From positions 966,657 to 1,030,656 of the forward strand of contig CP129476.1 in NCBI GenBank assembly GCA_030583805.1: a stretch of DNA of 64,000 nucleotides, given 5' to 3'. The position numbers were made by a program, and so were the translations under genes. Shown here piece after piece: positions 19,088 to 27,889 of this stretch. A model generated the notes under the pieces. The model did not search any database and had not been told where the DNA came from. It saw only the letters and a program-made list of their open reading frames with translations. The stretch's first letter is position 1. Each line of letters starts with the position of its first letter. Source of the stretch: Patescibacteria group bacterium (GTDB lineage: Bacteria; Patescibacteriota; Patescibacteriia; SG8-24; DYFX01).

Positions 19088-19164
19088 TGGTGCGCGCTGA
19101 AGGAGTCGAACCTTCGACCTTCTCGACGTCAACGAGACGCTCTAGCCAACTGAGCTAAGCGCGC
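19088..19164 (-). tRNA. tRNA-Val, anticodon GAC
   Basis: Minus-strand cloverleaf: acceptor GCGCGCU/AGCGCGC, D-arm GCUC-AGUUGGCUA-GAGC, anticodon stem UCUCG/CGAGA with loop U-U-GAC-G-U, T-arm GAAGG-UUCGACU-CCUUC, discriminator A, CCA encoded. 77 nt. Confidence 0.85.
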
Positions 19165-19245
19165 TCATGGCTGCCCACACGCTACACGATCCCCGGAAAA
19201 GAATCAAGGCCTGGGCTTGTCCACTTCGCAAGGCGCTCGCGGTGC

Positions 19246-19251
19246 TATACT
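19246..19251 (+). promoter_or_regulatory. extended -10 TGcTATACT, 11 nt upstream of the ATG at 19263
   Basis: GGTGCTATACTTTTCGTAGACTATG. Confidence 0.35.
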
Positions 19252-19262
19252 TTTCGTAGACT

Positions 19263-20336
19263 ATGCGCGGCTTCAAGCGATTCCTTCTCGTCATGCTCGT
19301 GCTCGGCGTCCTCGCGGGCGCGGGGTTCGGCGTGCTGTGGGTCAAGCACCGCGTCGAGGCGTACTCGTTGGAGAACATCGTGGTCGAGCCGGCGCCGCCG
19401 CAGCCGAAACCGCCGGAAGAGAAAATCGCGCTCGACGAACGTCTGGAAGGGTTGCTGTCGCGCGAAGACGAAGCGCGGCTGCTCTACGCTCCTGAGCCGG
19501 GAACAAAAATTTTGTCCGCCGCGTTCATCGACAACGGCACGCTCATGCTCACGACCAGCGCGGCGCAAGGGAAGGAGACGCGCTGGAATCTTGAACGTTT
19601 TGATATCGCCTCCGCGACGTCGGTACAGCTTCTGGGCAGCACGGCCTTCCGCCTCGCCTCGAGCCACCGGCCGGCGCATCGCAACGTCAATCGTTTCTGC
19701 TATTCCGAGCGCGATGCGAAACGCGGCGTCTTTGAAATCTGGTGCGCCGATCTCGACGGGCGAAATGCGAAGCAGATCACGACGCACGACGGCAAAGAAG
19801 ACTTGCTGTCGCCGGCGATTTCTCCGGACGGCGCCTGGATCGCGTTCGAGGTGCTGGCCGAACGTCCGAAACCGCAAGGTTCGACGATTTGGAAAGTCCG
19901 CCTGGACGGTTCCGACCTGCAGCAGCTTACGCGCGGCGCCGACGACCGCCGCCCGAGCTGGTCCGACGACGGGCGCAAGATCTATTTCCAGCGCCGGCCC
20001 ATCGCCGGCGGCACGAGCTGGGACATGTACGGCATGGATGCGGACGGAAAAAATTCCGGCCCGCTTCTGCGCACGCATGAAGAAGATGAATCGTTTCTGG
20101 CGAGGCGCGCCGCGACGGACACCTTTGTCGTCGTCGAATCGGCAAGCGGCGTTCCGGCTCGTCTCAAGTTAATCGACGCCGTGACCAAAGCGGGGGAGTA
20201 TCTGACGGCCGGCACGAACGGTTCGGAAACGTCGCCGTCGGTTTCTCCTGACGGACGCGTCGTGGCGTTCATCGCGCCTATCTCCGCGGACCAGCCCGAT
20301 GCGCTGGCCGTTTGGCTCGCGCAAATCAAGTATTGA
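19263..20336 (+). CDS. TolB-like periplasmic beta-propeller protein (PD40/WD40-like repeats), membrane anchored
   Basis: N-terminal TM LLVMLVLGVLAGAGFGVLWV. Repeated SPDG-type blades (LSPAISPDGAWIAF, PSWSDDGRKIYF, SPSVSPDGRVVAF) are typical of the TolB C-terminal propeller. Confidence 0.65.
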   Translation: MRGFKRFLLVMLVLGVLAGAGFGVLWVKHRVEAYSLENIVVEPAPPQPKPPEEKIALDERLEGLLSREDEARLLYAPEPGTKILSAAFIDNGTLMLTTSAAQGKETRWNLERFDIASATSVQLLGSTAFRLASSHRPAHRNVNRFCYSERDAKRGVFEIWCADLDGRNAKQITTHDGKEDLLSPAISPDGAWIAFEVLAERPKPQGSTIWKVRLDGSDLQQLTRGADDRRPSWSDDGRKIYFQRRPIAGGTSWDMYGMDADGKNSGPLLRTHEEDESFLARRAATDTFVVVESASGVPARLKLIDAVTKAGEYLTAGTNGSETSPSVSPDGRVVAFIAPISADQPDALAVWLAQIKY

Positions 20337-20371
20337 AAAAAAACGGGAAGCGTGCTACCCTCGAAACAGAT

Positions 20372-20725
20372 ATGCGCAAGCTCGCACTCCTCCTCGCGTT
20401 CAGCCTCGTCGCCGCGGCTCTCCACTTCGGAGCCATGGCCGGTTTTCGCGCGATGTCGGAACTTGCGACGGGCCATGCGGCGCACGCGGATCACGCCGTC
20501 CCGATCGCGGCCAGCTGCCCGGTCGGCTCGATCTGCCCGATGGTTTCCAGCCCGCTTCTGCAGATGAACAAGACAGCGCCTCTTTCCGCGCTCATCGTAT
20601 TTATCGCGCTGCTCGCCGCGATCCGGCTGCCTTCGTTCGCGGTCTTCCCGCTCGCCTACGCCGGTCCGCCCAGCACCCGACCCAACAATCCCGACGCGCT
20701 CCTGTCTGTTTTCAAGAGGGAGTAA
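20372..20725 (+). CDS. small secreted/membrane protein with a His-rich (HAAHADH) and Cys-containing (CPVGSICPM) putative metal-binding segment
   Basis: Signal-like N-terminus MRKLALLLAFSLVAAALHF and a C-terminal TM. It lies at the head of the copper gene cluster. The start is the ATG at 20372 within track ORF 20312. Confidence 0.45.
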   Translation: MRKLALLLAFSLVAAALHFGAMAGFRAMSELATGHAAHADHAVPIAASCPVGSICPMVSSPLLQMNKTAPLSALIVFIALLAAIRLPSFAVFPLAYAGPPSTRPNNPDALLSVFKRE

Positions 20726-20773
20726 GAGACGGCGATCGCTTACGATCGGATGTTTCTTATTCCCTTTTGAATT

Positions 20774-22126
20774 ATGAAAACCACGCACAGATTCGCCGTT
20801 GACGGCATGCATTGCCGCAGCTGCGAACTCACCATCGAGCGGAAACTCGGAAAGATTCCGGGCGTCTGCGGCGTCGATGCGAATACGCCAAAGGGCGAAG
20901 TGCACATCGAATGCGAGGGGCCGGCGCCCTCTCTCCAGGCACTGAATGCCGCGTTGAAAGGCGAAGCCTATACGCTTCGCTGCCACGGCACGCCCTCGAC
21001 TGAGAAAAAACCGAAATTCGGACAGATCTTCGGAGCCTTCGCCGTCGTCTTCTTGCTCGGCTGGTTCGCATCGAGGATCGGGCTCCTGAAAATGGATTTC
21101 GCGATCAACGGCGCCGCCGGGTTCTGGCCGATCTTCGCCATCGGTCTTCTTGCCGCCGCGTCCTCCTGCATCGCCGTCTCCGGCGGGCTCCTTCTCTCCT
21201 CGTCCGCAAACTACAATCGCCGCTACGGCTCCATGGACGGCGTCGCCCGCATGACGCCCGTCTTCATGTTCGTCGCAGGTCGCGTGCTCTCCTACGCGTT
21301 CTTCGGCGGCCTCATCGCCGTGATCGGAAAAATGCTTACGCCGTCGCCGTTCGTGACGGGCGGCATCATCGTTCTGGCTGCCGCCTACATGCTGATCATG
21401 GGTCTCGACATGCTGAAGATTGCGCCGCCGTGGCTCAAGACCATTCAGCCGCGCCTGCCCAAGTGGGTTGCGCGCCGCATCGTCGATGCCGAAGGCCGCG
21501 AACATCCGGCCATGCCGTTCGCCATGGGCGCGCTCACGTTCTTCATCCCGTGCGGATTCACGCAATCGCTCCAAGTGTACGCGCTGACCGTCGGGAGCTT
21601 CGCGCAGGGCGGTCTCATTCTTGCGGCCTTCGCGCTCGGCACTGCGCCGTCGCTCCTCGCGCTCGGCTGGGCTTCGACGTCGCTCAAAGGGACATCCGGC
21701 GAGAAGTTCTTCCGTTTCGCGGGCGCGCTCGTCGTCGTCCTCGGGCTCTGGAATCTTCAAAACGGCATGACCGCGATGGGCTACCCGCTCTCGATGCCGA
21801 CCTTCGCCGCCGCGGCTCCCGCAGCGCAAGCGCAGGATCCGAACGTGCAGGTCGTAAACGGCGTGCAGGTCATTCGGATGAAGCTGTCCGTCAATCCCGC
21901 ATACAAGCCGAGTGATCGGTATACGGTGAAGGCAGGGATGCCTGTGCGTCTCGAAGTCGCCGGCATCGGAACCGGTTGCCGCGGAGAATTGATCGTGCCG
22001 AAAGCTCGTGCCCGCGTCACGTTGAACAAGCAACTCAACGTTCTTGAATTCACTCCGAAAAAAGCCGGCGCGTACGCATTCAGCTGCGCGATGGGTATGT
22101 TCCCCGGCGTCATTAACGCCATCTGA
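20774..22126 (+). CDS. fusion protein: N-terminal HMA (heavy-metal-associated) domain + multi-TM permease-like core + C-terminal cupredoxin-like domain
   Basis: HMA motif VDGMHCRSCE. 6-8 predicted TM helices with a conserved FFIPCGFTQSLQ motif. The C-terminal ~120 aa (VQVIRMKLSVNPAY...GCRGELIVP...FSCAMGMFPG) resembles a small cupredoxin-fold metal-binding domain. Confidence 0.55.
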   Translation: MKTTHRFAVDGMHCRSCELTIERKLGKIPGVCGVDANTPKGEVHIECEGPAPSLQALNAALKGEAYTLRCHGTPSTEKKPKFGQIFGAFAVVFLLGWFASRIGLLKMDFAINGAAGFWPIFAIGLLAAASSCIAVSGGLLLSSSANYNRRYGSMDGVARMTPVFMFVAGRVLSYAFFGGLIAVIGKMLTPSPFVTGGIIVLAAAYMLIMGLDMLKIAPPWLKTIQPRLPKWVARRIVDAEGREHPAMPFAMGALTFFIPCGFTQSLQVYALTVGSFAQGGLILAAFALGTAPSLLALGWASTSLKGTSGEKFFRFAGALVVVLGLWNLQNGMTAMGYPLSMPTFAAAAPAAQAQDPNVQVVNGVQVIRMKLSVNPAYKPSDRYTVKAGMPVRLEVAGIGTGCRGELIVPKARARVTLNKQLNVLEFTPKKAGAYAFSCAMGMFPGVINAI

Positions 22127-22127
22127 T

Positions 22128-22340
22128 ATGAAAACCACCATCAAGATCGACGGTATGCATTGCGGTTCCTGCAAGGCCTTGATTGAAGACGTCGCAAAAG
22201 ACGTCCCCGGCGTCGTTTCGTGCGACGTCGACGTCGCGCACGGCAAAGCGGATGTCGAACACACGGCGGACTTCGAAGCTTCGGAATTCATCGCCGAGAT
22301 CGCGAATCTCGACGCGGGATATAAGGCGCATCTGGTATGA
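22128..22340 (+). CDS. copZ: CopZ-like copper chaperone (single HMA domain)
   Basis: 70 aa with [22 protein letters not shown]... (GMxCxxC). The start lies 2 nt after the upstream stop. Confidence 0.85.
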   Translation: MKTTIKIDGMHCGSCKALIEDVAKDVPGVVSCDVDVAHGKADVEHTADFEASEFIAEIANLDAGYKAHLV

Positions 22341-25012
22341 GCGACAACCTGAAAGACGATGAAGTCGTCGCGACGCCGAAAGAGGGCGCGAGTCGCGTCA
22401 GTTTTCGTGTGCACCAGGACGTTAGTGCCGAGGGCGTCGTGGTCGAAGGGTCCGACGGCACGCGGCGCTTCGAAGGAAAAGTCGACGTGCGCCGCCGCGG
22501 TGAGATCGACTACCCCGCGAGCGAAGAGAAGCCGGAGAGTCTCATCGCCTTGCTTCGCAAGGTCGTGAAGTTCGACGCCGTGCAAGAACCTTCCTTGCCG
22601 ACGCAGGCTGCAGCGTCCCCGACGCGGGCCGCAGCGTCCCCGACGGAGGCGCCGTCCGGAGATCGCCGCGCCCTGCTTTCGCTCGGCGGCATGCATTGCT
22701 CTTCTTGCGCCAACCTGATCGCGCGCGGACTTCGCAAAGTCAAAGGCGTCAAAGAGGCGAACGTGAACTTCGCCGCCGAAAAAGCGCGCGTCGTCTTCGA
22801 TCCGCGCCAGACCGACGAAGCGGCATTGGTTGAAGCCGTCAAAAAGGCGGGCTATCGGGCGGAACCCGCGTCCAAGGCCGATCCGGAAACGGATCGCGCC
22901 CGCCGCATCGCCGAGATGCGCTCCTACAAGCGCAAGTTCCTCGCCGGCATGATCTTGAGCTTGCCGATGCTCTACTTCATGTTGCTCGACTTCCTGGCCT
23001 TCATGCCCGGAAGAGCGTTCTTGTTCCCCCTTGTCGGCATCATCTCCTTCATCCTGGCCGCGCCCGTCCAAATCGTTCTCGGTGCGGGCTTCTACAAGGG
23101 CATGTGGTCCAGCTTGAGGATGAAGACCTTCAACATGGACTCGCTGATCGCGATCGGTACCACCACCGCCTTCATCTACAGCATCGCCAACTTCCTGATC
23201 TACGCGATCTCCAAGGGGTCGATCGTCGGCGTGGGAGGGGAGAAGATTCCGGAACTGTACTTCGAGACGTCCGCGTTCCTGATCACCTTCGTCCTGCTCG
23301 GCAAGTGGCTCGAGAGCAAGGCGAAAGGCGAGACGTCCGAAGCGGTCAAGAAATTGATGGGCCTGCAAGCCAAGACCGCGCGCGTGATGCGTGACGGTCG
23401 AGCGCTTGACGTACCGATTGAAGAGGTTGTGGTCGGCGACACGGTCGTCGTGCGTCCCGGCGAGAAGATTCCTGTCGACGGCGAGATCATCAAAGGCTCC
23501 TCGGCCGTGGACGAATCGATGCTGACGGGCGAGAGCCTCCCGGTCGAGAAAAAAGAAGGCGACTCCGTCATCGGCGCCACTATGAACAAGACGGGTAGTT
23601 TCGAATTCCGCACGACGAAAGTCGGCGCGGATACGGCGCTCTCGCAGATCGTGCAATTGATCGAAGACGCGCAAGGTTCGCGCGCGCCGATTCAGGGATT
23701 TGCCGACCGGATCTCGGCCTGGTTTGTCCCGGCCGTGATCGCGTTCGCCTTCCTGACCTTCGTCGTTTGGTACTTCGCGCTCGGCGCGTCGCTCAGCTTT
23801 GCGCTCATGGCCTTCACGGCCGTGATCGTCATCGCCTGTCCGTGCGCGCTCGGCTTGGCGACACCGACGGCCATCATGGTGGCGACCGGAAAAGGCGCCG
23901 AGCACGGCATCCTCGTCAAAGGCGGAGAGCCGCTTGAAGCGGCGTGCAAGGTCAAAGCCGTCGTCTTCGACAAGACGGGCACTTTGACGAAAGGTACTCC
24001 GGAAGTGACGGACGTGATCGGCATCGGCCTGACCGATGAAGCCCGCATTCTCGAAATTGCCGCCGGGCTCGAAGTGAAATCCGAGCACCCGTTGGCGGAA
24101 GCGATCTGCCGATACGCGGAAGAGGAGAACGTCGATCCGATCGACGTCACGGACTTCAAGGCGATTCCGGGCCACGGCGTCCAGGCGACGAGCAACGGCA
24201 CGGAATACTTCTTCGGGAATCGCCGGCTCGTGACGGATATCCTCGCGTTGGAAATCTCCGGCTTCGACCGGAAGATGCGGAAGCTGGAAGAAGCCGGAAA
24301 GACCGTCATGATCTTGGCGACGAAAACCGGCGTTGTCGGATTGATCGGCGTCGCCGACACGATCAAAGACACCTCGGCGCTCGCCGTGGCTGAACTGAAG
24401 AAGATGGGACTGGCGGTCTTCATGATCACGGGCGATAATGAACGCACGGCGCGCGCGATCGCGAAGCAGGCGGGCATCGAGAACGTGCTCGCGGAAGTCC
24501 TGCCGGAACACAAGGCTGATGAAGTCAAAAAGCTGCAAGCGACGGGCATCAAGGTGGCGATGGTCGGAGACGGCATCAACGACGCGCCGGCCTTGGCGCA
24601 GGCCGATCTCGGCATCGCCATGTCGAGCGGCACCGATGTCGCCATGGAAACGGGCGGCGTCGTGCTCATGAAAAACGACTTGAACGACGTCGTGACGGCC
24701 ATCAAGCTTTCGCGCGAGACACTCGGCAAGGTGCGGCAGAACCTGTTCTTCTCGCTCTTCTATAACGTCGCCGGCATTCCGATCGCCGCGCGCGTTTTCG
24801 CGGGCGTCGGCCTCGTGCTCAAGCCGGAGTTGGCCGGCCTCGCGATGGCGCTCTCCTCGGTATCCGTCGTGGCCAACTCGCTGCTTCTGCGCGGCTTCCG
24901 TCCCGACCGCCGCAACTGGCTCTCCTTGGCCGCACCGTTCGTCATGACCGCGTTGTTCCTGGCCGCCTTCATCGGATTCGCTCGCCTGAGCGGCGGAACG
25001 ATGGGTGCCTGA
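22337..25012 (+). CDS. copA: copper-translocating P1B-type ATPase (CPC type)
   Basis: N-terminal HMA ([12 protein letters not shown]), TM CPC motif [18 protein letters not shown] phosphorylation site, GDGINDAP hinge. Confidence 0.9.
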   Translation: MSDNLKDDEVVATPKEGASRVSFRVHQDVSAEGVVVEGSDGTRRFEGKVDVRRRGEIDYPASEEKPESLIALLRKVVKFDAVQEPSLPTQAAASPTRAAASPTEAPSGDRRALLSLGGMHCSSCANLIARGLRKVKGVKEANVNFAAEKARVVFDPRQTDEAALVEAVKKAGYRAEPASKADPETDRARRIAEMRSYKRKFLAGMILSLPMLYFMLLDFLAFMPGRAFLFPLVGIISFILAAPVQIVLGAGFYKGMWSSLRMKTFNMDSLIAIGTTTAFIYSIANFLIYAISKGSIVGVGGEKIPELYFETSAFLITFVLLGKWLESKAKGETSEAVKKLMGLQAKTARVMRDGRALDVPIEEVVVGDTVVVRPGEKIPVDGEIIKGSSAVDESMLTGESLPVEKKEGDSVIGATMNKTGSFEFRTTKVGADTALSQIVQLIEDAQGSRAPIQGFADRISAWFVPAVIAFAFLTFVVWYFALGASLSFALMAFTAVIVIACPCALGLATPTAIMVATGKGAEHGILVKGGEPLEAACKVKAVVFDKTGTLTKGTPEVTDVIGIGLTDEARILEIAAGLEVKSEHPLAEAICRYAEEENVDPIDVTDFKAIPGHGVQATSNGTEYFFGNRRLVTDILALEISGFDRKMRKLEEAGKTVMILATKTGVVGLIGVADTIKDTSALAVAELKKMGLAVFMITGDNERTARAIAKQAGIENVLAEVLPEHKADEVKKLQATGIKVAMVGDGINDAPALAQADLGIAMSSGTDVAMETGGVVLMKNDLNDVVTAIKLSRETLGKVRQNLFFSLFYNVAGIPIAARVFAGVGLVLKPELAGLAMALSSVSVVANSLLLRGFRPDRRNWLSLAAPFVMTALFLAAFIGFARLSGGTMGA

Positions 25013-25084
25013 GGCGCCCGCCTGCACGTCATCTTCAGGATCATCGCGTTTGCGTGCGTCTGAGCTGATAGCACACGCGTTTGC

Positions 25085-25090
25085 TATACT
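25085..25090 (+). promoter_or_regulatory. extended -10 TGcTATACT, 7 nt upstream of the copB-like ATG
   Basis: GTTTGCTATACTTCCTCATATG. Implies a leaderless or very short-leader mRNA. Confidence 0.35.
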
Positions 25091-25097
25091 TCCTCAT

Positions 25098-27185
25098 ATG
25101 ACTTACGTCTGCCCGATGCATCCTGAAGTGACGCGCGACGTTCCCGGCCGGTGTCCCGAATGCGGAATGGAACTCGTGCCGATGAAAGAAAAGAAAGGCC
25201 ACGGCGCGTATGCGGCGCCAGGCAAGCATGAAGGCCACTCGACCGCGATGTTCGCCCGGAAGTTTTGGATCAGTTTCGCGCTGACAATCCCGGTCGTCCT
25301 GTATTCCGAGATCGTGCCGATGCTCTTCGGCTGGCGGCCGCCGTCCTTTTCCGGTTCGGCCTACGTGCCGGCGATTCTCGCCTCGATCGTCTTCTTCTAC
25401 GGCGGCCTGGTCTTCCTTGCCGGCGGCTTCAGGGAATTGCGCGGCCGGAAGCCCGGCATGATGACGCTGATCTCGCTGGCCGTCGTTGCAGCCTATGCCT
25501 TCAGCGTCTGGTCGACGCTCATTGGCGCCAAAGAAACCCTTTATTGGGAGCTGACGACGCTTATCACGGTGATGCTGCTCGGTCATTGGCTTGAGATGCG
25601 GGCCGTGAGCAGCACGAGCGGCGCTTTGAAGGAGTTGGCGAAACTTTTGCCGGACACGGTCGAAGTGCTGCGCGACGGTACGTCGACGAAAATTCCGCTC
25701 TCGGAGCTTCGCGAAGGCGACCGTTTCATCGTACGGCCGGGCGGCAAGATTGCCGCCGACGGCGACATCGAGGATGGCGAGTCTGAAGTGAACGAGGCGG
25801 CGGTTACCGGCGAGTCCCGGCCCGTCAAAAAAGGAGGGGGTGACTCGGTCATCGCCGGTACGATCAACGGCGACGGATCGTTGACCGTGCGCGTCAAGAA
25901 CATCGGCGAGAAAACCTTTTTGGCCGGCGTCATGCGGCTGGTTGCCGACGCCCAAGCTTCGAAATCGAAACTGCAGATTCTCTCCGACCGCGCAGCCATG
26001 GTGCTCACGTACATCGCGGTCGGCGCGGGCGCCGTCACTCTGGCCGTTTGGTGGTTTGCCGCGTCTCCCGTCTTCGCCGTCGAACGCATGGTGGCGGTGC
26101 TCGTGATCGCTTGCCCGCACGCGCTCGGCTTGGCCGTGCCGCTCGTCGCTTCGATCTCCACGATGATGGCGGCGCGGAACGGTTTCTTGGTGAAGCAGCG
26201 TCTCGCGCTTGAAGCCGCTCGCAACATCGATATCGTCCTGTTCGACAAAACCGGCACGCTGACGAAAGGGGAGTACGGCGTCGATCGCGTCTGGGGCTTC
26301 GGCCTTTCGGAAGACGACGTGTTGGCGCTGGCTGCAGCGGTCGACGCTTCGTCGGAACACGTCGTCGCCAAGGCGACGGTCGCGCGTGCCAGAGAAAAGG
26401 GCCTCGTTATCCCGGCGGTGGAAGCTTTCCAGCGGGTGCCCGGCAAGGGCGTGAAAGCGCGCGTCGGAGGCCGCGAGATTTCCATCGGCGGAGAAAATGC
26501 GCTTGCCCCGGGCGCGCGACAAGTAGCGTCGAAGGTCTGGGACGAAATCGCGGAAGAAAATGCCAAGGGCAAGACGGTCGTCTACGTGCTGGAGAACGAC
26601 GCCGTGCTCGGAGCGATCGCGCTTTCCGACGTCCTCCGCGAGGAATCACGCGAAGCGATCGCGCTGCTCAAGAAGATGAACGTCAAAGTCGGCATGGTCA
26701 CCGGCGATTCCGACGATGTCGCGGCCTGGGTCGCGGGGGAGCTCGGCATCGACGAAGTGTTTGCCCGCGTCCTTCCGGGCGACAAGGCGGGCAAGGTCAA
26801 GGGGCTTCAAGCCAAGGGGCTCAAGGTCGCGATGGTCGGAGACGGCATCAACGATGCGCCCGCGCTCACGCAAGCCGACCTGGGTATCGCGATCGGCGCC
26901 GGCACGAACGTCGCCGTCGAGTCGGCAGGCATTATTTTGGTAAAGAACGATCCGCGCGACATTCCCAAGATCGTGCACCTGTCCCGCCTGACCTACGCCA
27001 AGATGATCCAAAATCTTTTTTGGGCGACGGGCTACAACATCGTGGCGATGCCGCTTGCGGCCGGCGTCCTGGCGAGCCGCGGCATTATGCTTCAGCCGGC
27101 TGTGGCTGCCGTTTTCATGTCGCTCAGCACGGTGATCGTGGCGGTGAACGCCCTACTCTTGCGCGGAAAGAAGCTTTCGGCATGA
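25098..27185 (+). CDS. copB: P1B-type heavy-metal ATPase, CPH type (CopB-like), with N-terminal CxxC...CxxC metal-binding domain
   Basis: N-terminal YVCPMHPEV...GRCPECGMEL (HMBD-like). TM motif ACPHALGLAVP (CPH). [15 protein letters not shown]. Confidence 0.85.
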   Translation: MTYVCPMHPEVTRDVPGRCPECGMELVPMKEKKGHGAYAAPGKHEGHSTAMFARKFWISFALTIPVVLYSEIVPMLFGWRPPSFSGSAYVPAILASIVFFYGGLVFLAGGFRELRGRKPGMMTLISLAVVAAYAFSVWSTLIGAKETLYWELTTLITVMLLGHWLEMRAVSSTSGALKELAKLLPDTVEVLRDGTSTKIPLSELREGDRFIVRPGGKIAADGDIEDGESEVNEAAVTGESRPVKKGGGDSVIAGTINGDGSLTVRVKNIGEKTFLAGVMRLVADAQASKSKLQILSDRAAMVLTYIAVGAGAVTLAVWWFAASPVFAVERMVAVLVIACPHALGLAVPLVASISTMMAARNGFLVKQRLALEAARNIDIVLFDKTGTLTKGEYGVDRVWGFGLSEDDVLALAAAVDASSEHVVAKATVARAREKGLVIPAVEAFQRVPGKGVKARVGGREISIGGENALAPGARQVASKVWDEIAEENAKGKTVVYVLENDAVLGAIALSDVLREESREAIALLKKMNVKVGMVTGDSDDVAAWVAGELGIDEVFARVLPGDKAGKVKGLQAKGLKVAMVGDGINDAPALTQADLGIAIGAGTNVAVESAGIILVKNDPRDIPKIVHLSRLTYAKMIQNLFWATGYNIVAMPLAAGVLASRGIMLQPAVAAVFMSLSTVIVAVNALLLRGKKLSA

Positions 27186-27662
27186 CGGTCGGGTATACTG
27201 GGGCGACATGACGCGCGGCACCTCAACCGAATTGATCCGCACGACGGCGAAGCTGGTCTTCGGATCTTTTCTTTTCCTGTTCATCGCTTCGTTCTTGGTC
27301 GTGCCGTGCATGCAAGGAGCCGGCGGACTGTTCGTTTCGGCGGCGACCGCGCCTTTGCAGGGCATGCGCTCGTCGTCGGCGGCGATGACACTGCCGCGTA
27401 CCGTCGTCCGCGGCGCGTTGCCGATGACGACGTTCGGAGGCTCGCTCTTGGCAACGCCGGCATCGAGCGCCGTGCTGCCCGCCGCTTCCATCCAATACGC
27501 GAGCGCCTGGCAGGCGTCGCCGCCCCCGCTCTCGATCCCTGTGCAGAAACAGGCAGTAAAGACCGTCAGCCGCTCGCCTTTGGCTGCCGCGGCTTCTTGC
27601 ATGGAGTCTAAAATTTTCAAACCACAGATGAACGTCTTCAAGGCGTTCGAGGCGTCGGCCAC
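27153..27662 (-). CDS. hypothetical Cys-containing protein (coding strand uncertain; see findings)
   Basis: The minus-strand ORF has a protein-like composition (…TACFCTGIESGGGDACQALAYW…MPCKGAVAA…). The overlapping plus ORF 27208-27843 is S/A/P/R-rich and low-complexity, but it is preceded by a TATACT box 8 nt upstream of its ATG. Confidence 0.3.
   Translation of the reverse strand: MADASNALKTFICGLKILDSMQEAAAAKGERLTVFTACFCTGIESGGGDACQALAYWMEAAGSTALDAGVAKSEPPNVVIGNAPRTTVRGSVIAADDERMPCKGAVAAETNSPPAPCMHGTTKNEAMNRKRKDPKTSFAVVRINSVEVPRVMSPQYTRPSCRKLLSAQE
27194..27199 (+). promoter_or_regulatory. TATACT -10-like box, 8 nt upstream of the ATG at 27208
   Basis: GGGTATACTGGGGCGACATG. Confidence 0.25.
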
Positions 27663-27889
27663 GGAGCACCCGTTCCGTTTCGCCGTCGTCCTGACGTTCG
27701 TCTTCGGCGCGGCGGCGCTCCTACTGATTCCGAGGCGCGCTCCGATACGCGCGCGTCCCGGCTGGATACGGCGCCGCTCCCTGCCGTTCGCGTCTTCCGA
27801 CGCCCCGCGTCTTTCCGCCTTTGCCGCGCAGCGCGATGCCTGACGATCCCGTTGCTTCCGCAGTTCACGATTAACTCAGCAATGATTGT

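Noticed and set aside
22600-22650. Short tandem direct repeat GCxGCAGCGTCCCCGACG x2
   Set aside because: It lies inside the copA coding sequence and encodes [14 protein letters not shown] in a linker. It is a trivial in-frame duplication, not a CRISPR array or regulatory repeat.
19982-25027. 1681-aa minus-strand ORF
   Set aside because: Antisense to the TolB-like gene, the His-rich small protein gene, the HMA-permease-cupredoxin fusion gene, copZ and copA. R/G/D/A-rich junk translation. The sense genes all carry strong motifs.
25041-26572. 493-aa and 329-aa minus-strand ORFs
   Set aside because: Antisense to the CPH-type ATPase gene, which has the [13 protein letters not shown] and CPH motifs on the plus strand.
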